A DNA stretch of 64,000 nucleotides from an uncultured Thiomicrospira sp. (GCA_965195345.1 OZ239628.1:448001-512000), one strand, 5' to 3'; shown: positions 50,639 through 62,354, counted from the stretch's first letter. The notes: generated by a model not told the origin, from the letters alone. A program made the numbers and translations.

Positions 50639-51013
50639 ATGGCAACAACTAATCAGTTGATACGCAAACCACGCAAACCAAAGCGTAAAATTAATAAAGT
50701 GGCAGCACTGCAAGCGTGCCCTCAACGTAGAGGCGTTTGTACTCGTGTTTATACCACTACCCCAAAGAAACCAAATTCAGCATTACGTAAGGTAGCACGT
50801 GTACGCTTGACCAGTGGTTTTGAGGTGACGACGTATATTGGTGGTGAAGGGCATAATTTACAAGAACACTCGGTGATATTGATTCAAGGAGGGCGTGTTA
50901 AGGATTTGCCAGGTGTCCGCTATCATACTATTCGGGGTGCTCTTGATTGTGCAGGGATTGATAAGCGCAGACAGGGTCGTTCTAAGTACGGCGCTAAGCG
51001 TCCTAAAAAATAA
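50639..51013 (+). CDS. rpsL: 30S ribosomal protein S12
   Basis: [37 protein letters not shown]. Confidence 0.99.
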   Translation: MATTNQLIRKPRKPKRKINKVAALQACPQRRGVCTRVYTTTPKKPNSALRKVARVRLTSGFEVTTYIGGEGHNLQEHSVILIQGGRVKDLPGVRYHTIRGALDCAGIDKRRQGRSKYGAKRPKK

Positions 51014-51026
51014 AGGGTAAGTAATA

Positions 51027-51497
51027 ATGGCTCGCAGAAGACAAGCAGAAAAAAGGGATATTCTCCCTGATCCAAAATTTCACGATAAAACTTTGGCAAA
51101 GTTTATTAATACTTTGATGTTGAGTGGAAAGAAATCTATTGCTGAAAAAATCGTTTATGGTGCATTGGATCGTGTAGCTGAGCGTAGCAAACAAGAACCG
51201 CTTGCATTGTTTGAAACGGTACTTGAGAACATTGGTCCGCTCGTAGAGGTGAAGTCAAGACGTGTTGGTGGGGCTACTTATCAAGTGCCAATTGAAGTGC
51301 GTTACAGTCGTCGAGCCACATTGGCTATGCGCTGGTTGATTGACTCTGCTCGAAAACGTCGTGAAAAAGGGATGACATTACGGCTGGCTGCCGAAATGTT
51401 TGAAGCTTCTGAGAATCGTGGAAACGCTGTTAAGAAAAAAGAAGATGTCCATAGAATGGCAGAAGCGAATCGCGCATTTTCACATTTCCGTTGGTAA
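51027..51497 (+). CDS. rpsG: 30S ribosomal protein S7
   Basis: [28 protein letters not shown]. Confidence 0.99.
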   Translation: MARRRQAEKRDILPDPKFHDKTLAKFINTLMLSGKKSIAEKIVYGALDRVAERSKQEPLALFETVLENIGPLVEVKSRRVGGATYQVPIEVRYSRRATLAMRWLIDSARKRREKGMTLRLAAEMFEASENRGNAVKKKEDVHRMAEANRAFSHFRW

Positions 51498-51534
51498 ATT
51501 TTTAATCACATAAATACAAGAATAAAGGCAAAAA

Positions 51535-53637
51535 GTGGCAAGAGAAACTCCGCTCGATCTCTATCGTAACATTGGTATTATGGCGCACATTGATGCGGGT
51601 AAAACGACTACGACTGAACGCGTACTATATTACACTGGTGTGTCGCACAAAATTGGTGAGGTACACGATGGCGCAGCAACAATGGATTGGATGGAGCAAG
51701 AGCAGGAAAGAGGTATAACTATTACCTCTGCGGCGACGACTTGTTTCTGGAAAGGAATGGGTGGGAACTTTAAAGAACATCGCATTAACATAATTGATAC
51801 TCCTGGACACGTTGACTTCACTATCGAAGTTGAGCGTTCATTGAGAGTGCTTGATGGAGCGGTTGCTGTATTTTGTGCCGTTGGAGGAGTTGAACCTCAA
51901 TCAGAAACAGTTTGGAGACAAGCGAATAAGTATCAAGTTCCTAGAATGGCGTTCATTAACAAAATGGATCGTGCGGGAGCTAATTTCCTTCGAGTGGTTG
52001 ATCAGATTAAAACACGCCTCGGCGCAAATCCTGTAGCCATTCAACTTGCTATCGGTGCAGAGGAAAATTTTCGTGGTGTTATTGATTTGGTCAAGATGAA
52101 AGCGATAAACTGGAAAGATGAAAATATGGGCGTTGAGTTCTCATATGATGATATTCCAGAAGATATGCTTTCTTTAGCTACAGAACATCGCGAATTTATT
52201 GTAGAGGCTGCGGCTGAAGCAAGTGAAGAAATGATGGAAAAGTATTTAGAAGGCAATGAATTATCAGAAGAAGAAATTGTCGAGGGGTTACGTAAACGAT
52301 GCCTTGCAAATGAGATTATTCCCGTTCTTTGTGGCTCTGCCTTTAAAAATAAAGGTGTACAGGCTATGCTTGATGCAGTAGTCCAGTACATGCCTTCTCC
52401 ATTGAATGTTCCAGCAATTGAGGGTGAGTTGGATGATGGTGAGAAAAGCACTCGTAGTTCAAGCGACAGTGAACCTTTTTCATCCTTGGCGTTTAAAATA
52501 ATGACGGATCCATACGTTGGTACTTTGTCATTTGTACGTGTTTACTCAGGCGTCTTAAAATCAGGAGATTCGGTATATAACCCTGTTAAAAGGAAAAAAG
52601 AGCGCATAGGACGAATCCTGTTAATGCACTCTAATGAGAGAGAAGAGGTTAAAGAAATCTATGCAGGTGACATTGCTGCAGTTGTCGGGTTAAAGGATGT
52701 TACTACTGGTGATACTCTTTGTGATGTGAATAAGAAAATTACGCTTGAGCGTATGGAGTTTCCTGAGCCTGTTATTTCAGTTGCCGTGGAACCAAAATCA
52801 AAACCAGATCAAGAGAAAATGGGCTTGTCCTTGTCAAAGCTTGCTGCTGAAGATCCATCGTTTCGAGTTCACACCGATGAAGAATCTGGTCAGACAATTA
52901 TTTCTGGTATGGGTGAATTGCACCTTGAGATCATTATTGATCGCATGAAACGTGAATTTAAGGTAGAGGCGAATGTCGGTGAACCACAAGTGGCATATCG
53001 TGAAACGATACGGAATCAAGTAGAGATTGAAGGTAAATTTGTTCGTCAGTCTGGGGGACGCGGACAGTACGGTCATGTTTGGTTGCGTTTAGAACCTATC
53101 CCAGTAGACAGTGAAAATACTTATGAATTCGTTGATGAGATTGTTGGGGGAGTTGTTCCTAGAGAGTACATCCCAGCGGTTAATAAAGGAATTCAAGAAC
53201 AAATGTTGAATGGAGTGTTGGCAGGTTACCCATTGCTGGGTATTCGAGCCGCTCTTTACGATGGTTCTTACCATGATGTTGATTCATCTGAAATGGCATT
53301 TAAAATTGCAGGGTCAATGGCGCTTAAGCAAGGTGTTCTTCAAGCAAAACCTGCTTTACTTGAACCGATAATGAAGGTCGAAGTATTGACTCCAGAAGAG
53401 TCTATGGGCGATGTAATGGGCGATTTGAATCGCCGACGCGGTATTGTCGGAGGTATGGAGGATACTCCGGCTGGTAAAAAAATCGAAGCCAAAGTACCTT
53501 TGGCTGAAATGTTTGGCTATGCTACCAACTTGCGTTCTTTAACTCAAGGACGTGCTTCTTACACAATGCAATTTGAGGAATATAATGAAGCGCCTCAGAG
53601 TGTGGTAGATGTCATAATAAAATCGAAACAGGCATAA
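51535..53637 (+). CDS. fusA: Elongation factor G
   Basis: [34 protein letters not shown]. Confidence 0.99.
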   Translation: MARETPLDLYRNIGIMAHIDAGKTTTTERVLYYTGVSHKIGEVHDGAATMDWMEQEQERGITITSAATTCFWKGMGGNFKEHRINIIDTPGHVDFTIEVERSLRVLDGAVAVFCAVGGVEPQSETVWRQANKYQVPRMAFINKMDRAGANFLRVVDQIKTRLGANPVAIQLAIGAEENFRGVIDLVKMKAINWKDENMGVEFSYDDIPEDMLSLATEHREFIVEAAAEASEEMMEKYLEGNELSEEEIVEGLRKRCLANEIIPVLCGSAFKNKGVQAMLDAVVQYMPSPLNVPAIEGELDDGEKSTRSSSDSEPFSSLAFKIMTDPYVGTLSFVRVYSGVLKSGDSVYNPVKRKKERIGRILLMHSNEREEVKEIYAGDIAAVVGLKDVTTGDTLCDVNKKITLERMEFPEPVISVAVEPKSKPDQEKMGLSLSKLAAEDPSFRVHTDEESGQTIISGMGELHLEIIIDRMKREFKVEANVGEPQVAYRETIRNQVEIEGKFVRQSGGRGQYGHVWLRLEPIPVDSENTYEFVDEIVGGVVPREYIPAVNKGIQEQMLNGVLAGYPLLGIRAALYDGSYHDVDSSEMAFKIAGSMALKQGVLQAKPALLEPIMKVEVLTPEESMGDVMGDLNRRRGIVGGMEDTPAGKKIEAKVPLAEMFGYATNLRSLTQGRASYTMQFEEYNEAPQSVVDVIIKSKQA

Positions 53638-53659
53638 CGACTAATTTAGGAGGCTTACT

Positions 53660-54850
53660 ATGTCAAAGGCAAAATTTGAGCGTACAAAACCCCACGTTAA
53701 TGTGGGAACAATAGGTCATGTTGATCACGGAAAAACAACGTTGACGGCGGCTCTGACGATTTTTTCTGCGAAAAAATTTGGTGGAGAATCGAAAGCTTAT
53801 GATCAGATTGATAACGCTCCTGAAGAGCGTGCAAGAGGTATAACGATTTCGACAGCACACGTGGAATATGAAACAGAAGCAAGACATTATGCTCATGTGG
53901 ATTGCCCAGGGCATGCTGACTACGTCAAGAACATGATTACTGGTGCCGCCCAAATGGATGGTGCTATATTGGTATGTTCAGCGGCTGATGGACCAATGCC
54001 CCAAACACGTGAACACATACTATTGGCTCGTCAAGTAGGTGTGCCATATATTATTGTTTATTTGAACAAAGCAGATATGGTTGATGATGAGGAGTTGTTG
54101 GAATTGGTAGAGATAGAGGTTCGTGAACTTTTATCGATCTATGAATTTCCAGGAGACGATATACCAGTGATAACCGGTTCGGCGTTAAAAGCTGTAGAAG
54201 GTGATGAATCAGAGATTGGTACACAGTCAATTCAAACATTGCTTGATGCACTGGATAGTTATATCCCTCAACCAGAACGTGCTATAGAGAAAGAATTTGT
54301 TATGCCTATAGAAGATGTTTTTTCTATACAAGGTCGTGGGACAGTGGTAACTGGACGTATAGAAAGCGGTGTTGTGAATGTAGGAGATGAGATTCAAATT
54401 ATAGGTATACGCGAAACTCAGACAACAACGGTTACTGGCGTTGAGATGTTTCGTAAGTTATTGGACAGAGGTGAGGCAGGTGATAATGTGGGTGTATTGT
54501 TGCGTGGAACAAAACGCGACGACGTAGAGCGTGGGCAGGTATTAGCAAAGCCTGGAGCGATTAATCCACATACGAAGTTTGAAGCCGAGGTTTATGTGTT
54601 GAGCAAAGAAGAAGGTGGACGTCATACACCATTTTTCTCAAACTACCGCCCTCAATTTTATTTTAGAACAACCGATGTTACTGGAGCAATTGAGTTACCT
54701 GGAGGTACCGAAATGGTAATGCCAGGTGATAATATTTCTATAGTAGTTGAATTAATAGCGCCAATTGCAATGAATGAAGGATTGCGATTCGCGATTCGTG
54801 AAGGTGGACGCACGGTTGGAGCTGGTGTTGTGAGTAAAATTATTTCATAA
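53660..54850 (+). CDS. tuf: Elongation factor Tu
   Basis: [31 protein letters not shown]. Confidence 0.99.
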   Translation: MSKAKFERTKPHVNVGTIGHVDHGKTTLTAALTIFSAKKFGGESKAYDQIDNAPEERARGITISTAHVEYETEARHYAHVDCPGHADYVKNMITGAAQMDGAILVCSAADGPMPQTREHILLARQVGVPYIIVYLNKADMVDDEELLELVEIEVRELLSIYEFPGDDIPVITGSALKAVEGDESEIGTQSIQTLLDALDSYIPQPERAIEKEFVMPIEDVFSIQGRGTVVTGRIESGVVNVGDEIQIIGIRETQTTTVTGVEMFRKLLDRGEAGDNVGVLLRGTKRDDVERGQVLAKPGAINPHTKFEAEVYVLSKEEGGRHTPFFSNYRPQFYFRTTDVTGAIELPGGTEMVMPGDNISIVVELIAPIAMNEGLRFAIREGGRTVGAGVVSKIIS

Positions 54851-54871
54851 ATATTTTTGTCAACTCACCAA

Positions 54872-54897
54872 AAAAAAGCCCCTTACGGGGCTTTTTT
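54872..54897 (+). terminator. Intrinsic terminator after tuf
   Basis: AAAAAAGCCCC-TTAC-GGGGCTTTTTT. Confidence 0.88.
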
Positions 54898-55184
54898 GTT
54901 TTCAAGCATAAAGTGATTTTGAAAAAAAAGTTGGGCTTTAAATACTGGGATGTGAAAATAATGAACGTTTAACTTGTAGACTGAACGTCACATTACAAAA
55001 GCGCATTGTATTATCCATGAGCTCACAAATTAGAACAAAACATGCATGCATACATAATTCTATTTGCTATTTTTTATAGCTTCAAGGTCCATGTTGGATT
55101 GCGTAACTTTTATCACCGTGAATGCAGTGAGCGTAGTCTGCTAATTAATGATATTGCTAATCAGCAAGTATTTGCTGGAGTTGG

Positions 55185-56189
55185 ATGTCAATGGTAGCGA
55201 TGTCTATTAGAGTAGCAGCGTTCGGTTGCTTACTTGTTCTTAGTCCATTATTTGCTGATGAAAAGATTTTTATTGATAGACAAACAGCAACTATTCTTTA
55301 CGACCCAACTTTTGAAGCAGAAGAAAAGAAACATGCTCGAAATTGGATCAAATTTGTGTTGCATTCTGCAACGCAAGTTTTTGGTGAATTACCGCAAGAT
55401 AGTATCAATGTAAAGTTGGAAAAGCATGGGGGAAATTATGGAATTACTAAAAGAGATGTTGACAATAACAGCAGCTTAAAATCTCAATTTAGGCGTGCTG
55501 GACCAGTACCTTGGGGTGAAGTTCGAAGGACCAATCCCGTGACAATTAAGTTGATTGTTAATCCTCTTGCGTATTCATGGAATGACATCCGTCGTGATTG
55601 GACGGCATACCATGAAGTAAGTCATTTGTTTATACCCTATGACGGGTGGTCAGGTCCACGATGGTTTATAGAAGGACTGGCGAGCTATTACCAAAATATA
55701 TTACAAGGACGATCGGGGCTAGTAAGCGAGAAGAGGATGTGGAATAAGCTTGTCGCAGGCTTTGTTCGTGGAGAGAAAGATGACCAGTTGGGACGCTATA
55801 ACCTTAATGTTTTAAGTAAGAATGTAAGGAATTTTCGAGCTTTTATGCGTGTTTATTGGAGTGGCGCTTTTTATTGGTTTAAAGCTGATGTGATCGTGCG
55901 GAGGGATAGTAATAATCAACAAAGTCTCGATTCCTTATTGGGGGAATTAAAAAGTTGTTGCCAACATAGAGAACTGAATGGACGTAATACAGCAAAAAAA
56001 CTCGATGAACTTTACGGAAAGGCATTATTTCTACCCCTCTTTAATTCGTTCCAGCAATTACATGCGATGCCAACATTTCGACCACTGCTCCGTTCACTAG
56101 GAATAATTGAAAGTTGGGGAGATGTTACATTACAAAACGATGCGCCATTGCTTGAAATTAGAAAAAGTATTTATCAAAAAAGGTCATGA
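55185..56189 (+). CDS. Secreted gluzincin-type metallopeptidase (M61/M1-like)
   Basis: Signal peptide; HEVSH...WFIEGLASYY; RVYWSGA. Confidence 0.72.
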   Translation: MSMVAMSIRVAAFGCLLVLSPLFADEKIFIDRQTATILYDPTFEAEEKKHARNWIKFVLHSATQVFGELPQDSINVKLEKHGGNYGITKRDVDNNSSLKSQFRRAGPVPWGEVRRTNPVTIKLIVNPLAYSWNDIRRDWTAYHEVSHLFIPYDGWSGPRWFIEGLASYYQNILQGRSGLVSEKRMWNKLVAGFVRGEKDDQLGRYNLNVLSKNVRNFRAFMRVYWSGAFYWFKADVIVRRDSNNQQSLDSLLGELKSCCQHRELNGRNTAKKLDELYGKALFLPLFNSFQQLHAMPTFRPLLRSLGIIESWGDVTLQNDAPLLEIRKSIYQKRS

Positions 56190-57565
56190 GGCTTTTTGTA
56201 TATTTACTGGCAATTTTTATTGCTGAAGCTTCGGCTTCAATGGGTAGGGCAGAGTTAGAGGAAATGTTCAGGCATTCAGGAGCAAGTGCGGTAACTTGGG
56301 TTGTTATTGACGGTTCTGATCCTAATACTTTAAGAAATCCTATGATAAGCATAGGGGGAGCGGGGTATTATGGATTAGATGATAAGCGTAGAGTCACTGG
56401 TAGAAGTAAATTTCGTATTGGTTCAATTACCAAAACATTTACTGCTTTAGCAGCATTAAAGCTACAAGAAGAAGGCAAAATCAATATTAATGACTCTATA
56501 CTTAAGTATGCACCTGAAATTCGATTGGAGAAGGAATCAAATGATTTAATCAGTATTGCCATGCTACTAGAACACACAAGTGGATTGCAAGACTTGACTA
56601 GTAAGGAGTTTAACTATCCTTACCCATTGCCTCTTGATGAGGCATTTAAGTTGGAGCAATCTCCAAGAAAAATAGTTTGGGAAACAGGCAAACATATATC
56701 TTACAGTAATGCAGGAGCGGGCTTAGTCTCTAAAGCAATTGAAAACGTTACGAAACAAAATTACGATGAATGGTTCTCACAAAATGTTTTGCAACCATTA
56801 GGAATGCATAATTCCCAATTACACTGGGACAAACACTTAGAAGAAGATTTAATCAAAGGCTACGATAGTGACTTTAAAAAAGTAATACCCTACTGGCACA
56901 CGCTTTTTCGGGCTTTTGGTGGAATGAATACAACTGCTGAAGATATGGTGCCATTTTTATTGCTTTTACTTAATAGAGGAAAACTCTCAGGCAAACAACT
57001 GTGGCAGAGTTCAAGCATTGATCGGATGGAGCATTCTTATACCTCTTTGGCAGGAGAGCACCAATTGTCTGGGAACTATAATTTTGGTTTAAAGGAGGAG
57101 TTAGAGGGCACACAGAGCGTGTATGGGCATAGCGGTGATGCTGATGGATACCTTACTCAATTTAATTACAATAGGCAAGCAAAGCGGGCATATTTTGTTA
57201 TGGTTAATGCTTTTAATTTTAGAGCACGAGATGTTTTTGAAAAAAAAATGGACGCCTGGTTGATAAGTAAATTGCCAAATAAACCTATTCCACCAGCATA
57301 TGCAATAGATACGTCTACATTACAAAGTTATGTAGGGAAGTTTAAAAAAATCACACATCGTTTTAATTTTTCGAAAAAAGAAGAGATTTTACGCATTGTA
57401 TTTGAAAAAAATAAATTATGGTTAATCCAAAATAGGAGAAAACATAAGCTTATTCCTGTTGATGCACGCCGCTTCCGATTGGAAAATAATGCACTTGCAA
57501 GTGTATTATTTCTACCCAATAAAGTGGTACGCTCTAGCTATGGTTCATTTGAGCGAATAGAATAA
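56186..57565 (+). CDS. Serine hydrolase (beta-lactamase/PBP-like superfamily)
   Basis: GSITK (SxxK), LLEHTSG, YSN, GHSG; ATGA-coupled to the upstream gene. Confidence 0.85.
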   Translation: MRLFVYLLAIFIAEASASMGRAELEEMFRHSGASAVTWVVIDGSDPNTLRNPMISIGGAGYYGLDDKRRVTGRSKFRIGSITKTFTALAALKLQEEGKININDSILKYAPEIRLEKESNDLISIAMLLEHTSGLQDLTSKEFNYPYPLPLDEAFKLEQSPRKIVWETGKHISYSNAGAGLVSKAIENVTKQNYDEWFSQNVLQPLGMHNSQLHWDKHLEEDLIKGYDSDFKKVIPYWHTLFRAFGGMNTTAEDMVPFLLLLLNRGKLSGKQLWQSSSIDRMEHSYTSLAGEHQLSGNYNFGLKEELEGTQSVYGHSGDADGYLTQFNYNRQAKRAYFVMVNAFNFRARDVFEKKMDAWLISKLPNKPIPPAYAIDTSTLQSYVGKFKKITHRFNFSKKEEILRIVFEKNKLWLIQNRRKHKLIPVDARRFRLENNALASVLFLPNKVVRSSYGSFERIE

Positions 57566-57615
57566 CTCTTGTAATCTAATGCATTTATGCCTGTTTTGCA
57601 ATTGAACTTATGTGT

Positions 57616-58350
57616 CTAGTTGACTGAAAAAACAGGGTTCAAATCAATTACTTTTTGTATATCATCGGCAATTTCAGGTAAGTCTATCTGCAAGTATGCA
57701 TCTCGCATTAATACAAGTGCCTTTCGCGAAGAAGGAGTTGTTGGGTATTTATCAATAATTAATTGACAACGATTAATTACTGCAACCCACGCTCTTCTTG
57801 AGGAATAATAATTTGCAACAAATAGTTCGTGACGAGAAATTCGGTTTTCTAATGCTGGGATACGCTGTTTAGCAGTCGTTAGATAGGTACTTTCGGGGAA
57901 ACGTCTTATGAAATTTTTATAACGCGTCACCGCTTGCTTATAATTAGATACGTCTTTTTTGGCGGGATCGTTGATATACGTATTGGAAAGGCTAAATGCT
58001 TGTGATTCTTTAAGAAAGGCGAGCATAAAAAACGCATAATCAAGGTTTTTATGATTTGGAAAGTTGTGAATAAATTCATTAAACTCAAGCTCTGCCGTAT
58101 TAAAGGAATCTTGCAAAAACCACGCATAACCTTTGTCTAACCATGCTTGTTCTGTATAAACGCCAAAAGGATATTTTGACTGTAAAAAATCGTAAGTTTC
58201 GATCGCATCCTCAAGATCACCATCCTCAAGCTGTTCTTTTGCATCAGTATAGAGTTCATGATCATTACCCAGATTTTTTTTTGATGTAGAACAGCTGGCT
58301 ACAAACAAGGTTACGAATACAATGAGCAATGTATATTTTATAGGATGCAT
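57616..58350 (-). CDS. bamD: Outer-membrane assembly lipoprotein BamD
   Basis: Lipobox VASC, YPFG.Y.EQA, TPRs, HEL.VA.YY; divergent from rluD. Confidence 0.9.
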   Translation of the reverse strand: MHPIKYTLLIVFVTLFVASCSTSKKNLGNDHELYTDAKEQLEDGDLEDAIETYDFLQSKYPFGVYTEQAWLDKGYAWFLQDSFNTAELEFNEFIHNFPNHKNLDYAFFMLAFLKESQAFSLSNTYINDPAKKDVSNYKQAVTRYKNFIRRFPESTYLTTAKQRIPALENRISRHELFVANYYSSRRAWVAVINRCQLIIDKYPTTPSSRKALVLMRDAYLQIDLPEIADDIQKVIDLNPVFSVN

Positions 58351-58388
58351 TTGAATATTTTAGTTTGTTAATAATCTGGGTGGATTAT

Positions 58389-59438
58389 ATGAGAGAACGT
58401 TTTATAGTTTGTGATGAATTTGAAGGGCACCGTTTTGATGCAGTACTTACGCACTTTCTTAAACCGCTGTCACGGTCGCAAATCAAACCATTAATTGAAG
58501 AAGGAAATGCGCTTTTGGATAATCAACCCTCCTCTCCAAAAACAAAAGTGCGCATTGGCCAAGAGTTGAGTGCTGATATTACGGCGATACTCAGCAGTCG
58601 AACAATTGAAGATCTGCCTGAAGACATCCCTTTGAACATTGTCTTTTCTGATGAAAACTTATTGGTTATTAATAAACCAGTTGGCTTGGTTGTTCATCCA
58701 GGTTCAGGACAGGCAAAGGGTACTTTGTTGAATGCATTATTGCATTATGATGCACAACTTTCTCAGTTGCCTCGAGCTGGAATTGTGCATCGCCTTGATA
58801 AAATGACTTCGGGATTGATGGTTGTAGCACGTGATGAAAATGCACGCATTTTTTTGATAGACCAACTAAAGGAACACAAAGTTAGACGTGTTTATAAAGC
58901 CTTGGTTCGTGGGAATCCCATTAGTGGAGGAAGCGTTGATAAACCTATCGGACGGCATCCGAAAGCACGTAAGAAAATGGCTGTGCGAGTAACTGGAGGT
59001 AAGCGCGCAGTAACGCATTATCGAATTCTTCAACGATTTAAAGGATACACGCTTATTGAAGCAACTCTTGAAACGGGGCGTACTCATCAAATTCGAGTGC
59101 ATATGGCACATTTAGGATTTCCTATAGTAGGTGACGCTGTTTACGCTAGACGAATGGCGTTGCCAGCAGGATTGACGGAGCAAACGATTTCGGCTGTTCT
59201 TGGTTTTAAGCGGCAAGCATTGCATGCCAGCAAACTTGAATTGCAGCATCCGATCACAGGGAAGAAAAAACTATGGAAAGCAGCTTTACCTGAAGATATG
59301 CAAGATTTGGTGAGCGCAATGACTACTGCCGGTGATACGTATATAAATAATCATGATTTTTTTGAAAGCAGTGCGTATTTTGATAGTTTTGAAGAAAATC
59401 AGGATTCGGAAGTATTTGATGAGGATGAAGAGGTTTAG
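58389..59438 (+). CDS. rluD: 23S rRNA pseudouridine synthase D
   Basis: S4-like domain, NKPVGLVVHPG, GIVHRLDK.TSG, ETGRTHQIRVH, RQALHA. Confidence 0.95.
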   Translation: MRERFIVCDEFEGHRFDAVLTHFLKPLSRSQIKPLIEEGNALLDNQPSSPKTKVRIGQELSADITAILSSRTIEDLPEDIPLNIVFSDENLLVINKPVGLVVHPGSGQAKGTLLNALLHYDAQLSQLPRAGIVHRLDKMTSGLMVVARDENARIFLIDQLKEHKVRRVYKALVRGNPISGGSVDKPIGRHPKARKKMAVRVTGGKRAVTHYRILQRFKGYTLIEATLETGRTHQIRVHMAHLGFPIVGDAVYARRMALPAGLTEQTISAVLGFKRQALHASKLELQHPITGKKKLWKAALPEDMQDLVSAMTTAGDTYINNHDFFESSAYFDSFEENQDSEVFDEDEEV

Positions 59439-60179
59439 ATGACATTGCAGGAAAAGCATGTTGTTACGGCTAATTGGTCGAAATTGCAAAATGTATATGC
59501 AATTACCACCACTCGAATTGGAGGGAGAAGTAGAGGAAGTTATAGTCAATTAAATTTGGGGTATCATGTCGATGATGAGGCTGAGGATGTGTATTTTAAT
59601 CGACAGGAACTGTATAAAATGCTGGGTCAGGAACCGTTATGGCTACGGCAAGTACACGGGAACAGAATCATTGATGCTGATAAGGCTGTGAATGATTTTG
59701 TTGCAGATGGTGCTATAACAACACGTCAAAATTTTCCAATTGCAGTCATGACTGCTGATTGCCTTCCAATAGTAATGGCTGATAAAAATGGACAAGTAAT
59801 TGGTATTATTCATGCTGGTTGGCGTGGCTTATCGCTGGGGATCATAGAAGCGTTAATTGAGTCTTTCGCTTTTAAAGGGGTGATGCCCTTCAATATACAG
59901 GCATGGATTGGTCCATCAATCTCAATGCGTCAATATGAGGTAGATGAAAAAATAAAAAATGTCTTTCATGAACACCCTGAAGCATTCACGGCCACTAAAC
60001 CTGGGCATTGGTTTGCAGATTTAAAATTAATCGCAATGAATAAAATGAAGATGAAGGGTTTGGAGAGCATAAGTGATTCAGGGTTATGCACGTTTTCTAA
60101 TGAAAACTTTTTTTCTTACAGGCGGGATCATAAATGTGGCCGATTGGCAACAGTTGTTGTTAAATTAAGCGACATATGA
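59439..60179 (+). CDS. pgeF: Peptidoglycan editing factor / purine nucleoside phosphorylase YfiH
   Basis: QVHG, TADCLP, HAGWRG, IGPSI, FFSYRR. Confidence 0.93.
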   Translation: MTLQEKHVVTANWSKLQNVYAITTTRIGGRSRGSYSQLNLGYHVDDEAEDVYFNRQELYKMLGQEPLWLRQVHGNRIIDADKAVNDFVADGAITTRQNFPIAVMTADCLPIVMADKNGQVIGIIHAGWRGLSLGIIEALIESFAFKGVMPFNIQAWIGPSISMRQYEVDEKIKNVFHEHPEAFTATKPGHWFADLKLIAMNKMKMKGLESISDSGLCTFSNENFFSYRRDHKCGRLATVVVKLSDI

Positions 60180-60555
60180 TTTATTTGAATATAGGGTGCT
60201 AGAGCATATATTTTCGAAAACTCATTGCATGATCGCACCATAAAAGAAATATACTGCAAATCTTAACCGTAGAGCCAAACTGTTCTAAATTTACAGGTAC
60301 AGCTTGGGTCTTTTATTCCCAAAAATACTCATTTTAATATTATGTGGTTGCATTTTTATAAAATCGTATGCTATAGTTTAAAATGTTCGTTTGTGGATGC
60401 TAAAACACTGAGCTCCTTCGAAAGCTTAGAATTACATAGTTCTTAGTTAGAGTCAATCGATGAGATTGAGGATATATGTTTTTGTATGTCAAAAGTACTT
60501 TTATAGAGTTTGAGTTGGTACTTGTGGTTAGCATTCTAAATATTTTAATTAAGTT

Positions 60556-60954
60556 ATGTATGGGGGACTTATGCATCAAGGAAATAGTATAAGCTTGCAC
60601 GTTCGGCAAGCTTTTTCAGAGCGATTTAGGACGTTACTAATTGAAAAAGAATTATTGCCAGGTTCGTATACGCACATCGCAAAAATTTTTCAAGTTTCAC
60701 CAAAGGCCATTAGGCGCTGGCTTGAAGGAACCGCTACTCCAAATCAACACCGTTTGTACTCCGTTTCTGAGTATTTTGGAGTACACATAAAATGGTTATT
60801 GTTAGGGGAGGGGGAATGCTATAAAAATTCAGCATCAAACCAAGAAAAAGGAAATATTTTCATTTCAAATATTGAGGTGGAAATGCTAGATGGATATAGG
60901 AAGTTATTGCCTAATCAACAAGCGTGTTTTGTGCAGCTATTAAGGAGTATGTGA
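60556..60954 (+). CDS. XRE/Cro-family HTH protein
   Basis: FSERF..IAKIFQVSPKAIRRWLEG...P...FGVHIKWLLLGEG. Confidence 0.7.
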   Translation: MYGGLMHQGNSISLHVRQAFSERFRTLLIEKELLPGSYTHIAKIFQVSPKAIRRWLEGTATPNQHRLYSVSEYFGVHIKWLLLGEGECYKNSASNQEKGNIFISNIEVEMLDGYRKLLPNQQACFVQLLRSM

Positions 60955-61007
60955 GCTTGTAGTCTGTGATTTTCAGGTCAGTAGCTCACGGTTTTTTTTG
61001 AGAATTA

Positions 61008-61264
61008 TTGTTAAATTTAAAGAGCTAAGGATAGTGCACAGCATCTTCAACAATAGACAATGAATTACCCGCACCTATGATAATGTAATCAAGCAGACGA
61101 ACATCAATCAAGTTTAATAAATATTTAAATTCTTTGGTCAATTGTTTGTCGGTTTGGTTCGGTGTTAGGTATCCAGAAGGATGGTTGTGAGTGATAGATA
61201 GTAGTTGCTGTGTTGTGGTCAATCAATTTATGTATGGTTGTTCTAAGATACACCACAGTTGATT
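61008..61264 (-). pseudogene. Decayed tandem duplicate of the radC 3' end
   Basis: Aligns to 61306-61562 (offset ~299 bp); HNHPSG retained, DH changed to DY, frameshift near 61196. Confidence 0.82.
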
Positions 61265-61323
61265 AAATTTGTAGATCATTAATTCACGGATGTCTTTTGT
61301 GGGCGTTGTTAAATTTAAAAAAG

Positions 61324-62010
61324 CTAAGGATAGTGCATGGCCTCTTCAACCATAGACAATGAACTACCCGCACCTATAATAATGTGATCAAGCAGGCGAA
61401 CATCAACCAAGTTCAATAAAGATTTAAGCTCTTTGGTCAATTGTTTATCAGCTTGGCTCGGTGTTAGGCATCCAGAGGGATGGTTGTGAGTAATGATAAT
61501 AGCTGCCGCGTTGTGCTCAATCGCTTTACGTATGATTGTTCTCGGATAAACCGTAGCTGAGTTTATCGTCCCGAAAAATAGTTTTTCGAAGGCGATTAAT
61601 CTGTTTTTGTTATCTAGAAAAAGTGCAGCAAACACTTCTTCTTTATGATGAGTAAGTTGATGAAGTATATAGTTTTTGACGGTAGTAGAGTCAGTTGCTG
61701 AAATGGCATTGTTCTCCATGTCAGTGATTAGGCAACGCTTCGCTAATTCAATAGAGGCTTTAAATTGTGCGTATTTGGCATCACCGATACCTTTTTGGGA
61801 GCAAACTTGAGATTGAGTTGCAAGGTTTAATTTTGCCAATCCTCCAAAATATTGTAATAAATCAGACGCAAGTTCAACCGCATTCCTACCGTTGCACCCC
61901 GTTCGTAGAAATATAGCAAGGAGTTCTGCATCCGAGAGCGCTTTTGCCCCTTGTTTTATTAATCGTTCGCGAGGACGTATGTTTTGTGGCATGGATTTAA
62001 TGGAGCGCAT
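61324..62010 (-). CDS. radC: RadC (JAB/MPN domain) protein
   Basis: RPRERL..G..ALSDAELLAIFLRTG, EVF, GTIN, HNHPSG, S.AD, LDHII. Confidence 0.95.
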   Translation of the reverse strand: MRSIKSMPQNIRPRERLIKQGAKALSDAELLAIFLRTGCNGRNAVELASDLLQYFGGLAKLNLATQSQVCSQKGIGDAKYAQFKASIELAKRCLITDMENNAISATDSTTVKNYILHQLTHHKEEVFAALFLDNKNRLIAFEKLFFGTINSATVYPRTIIRKAIEHNAAAIIITHNHPSGCLTPSQADKQLTKELKSLLNLVDVRLLDHIIIGAGSSLSMVEEAMHYP

Positions 62011-62119
62011 GCCAATATTTTGCCAATACCTTTGAGGACAAGAGGGATAATCTATCCAGTCAAGATAGAGACATATCTGGGTTCATTCTGTAGAAAGGCA
62101 TGAAATTTATTACGATTTC

Positions 62120-62135
62120 TGGTATAAAGCGCGCC
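62120..62135 (+). promoter_or_regulatory. Extended -10 rpsB promoter
   Basis: TGGTATAAA-GCGCGCC, like the conserved gammaproteobacterial rpsB promoter. Confidence 0.75.
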
Positions 62136-62215
62136 ATCGTTCGGCTAGAACGAAAAAAGGAATCACCTAAAAGTGGTTTTAAAATAAGCGAGACTCTTTA
62201 ATGATTCTCATAAAA

Positions 62216-62292
62216 AACACACGTTTTTCGACACGGTAGGTTGGGTGATCGTTATGCGATTTTACCTGCTGGGAAAGACGGAGGATTAACCC
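62216..62292 (+). ncRNA. t44/rpsB leader (S2 autoregulatory element)
   Basis: ACACACG..CGACAC..GGGTG..TGGGA..GGAGG..TAACCC core upstream of rpsB. Confidence 0.75.
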
Positions 62293-62354
62293 AGAGGTGC
62301 AAGTCAATTGTTTAAATAGCAATGACTTGTCTCCTTGCTAAAATAAGGAAAAAA

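Noticed and set aside
56186-57565. Antibiotic-resistance beta-lactamase
   Set aside because: Only generic SxxK/YxN/HxG motifs; lacks class C KTG-type features; the superfamily contains many peptidases and esterases
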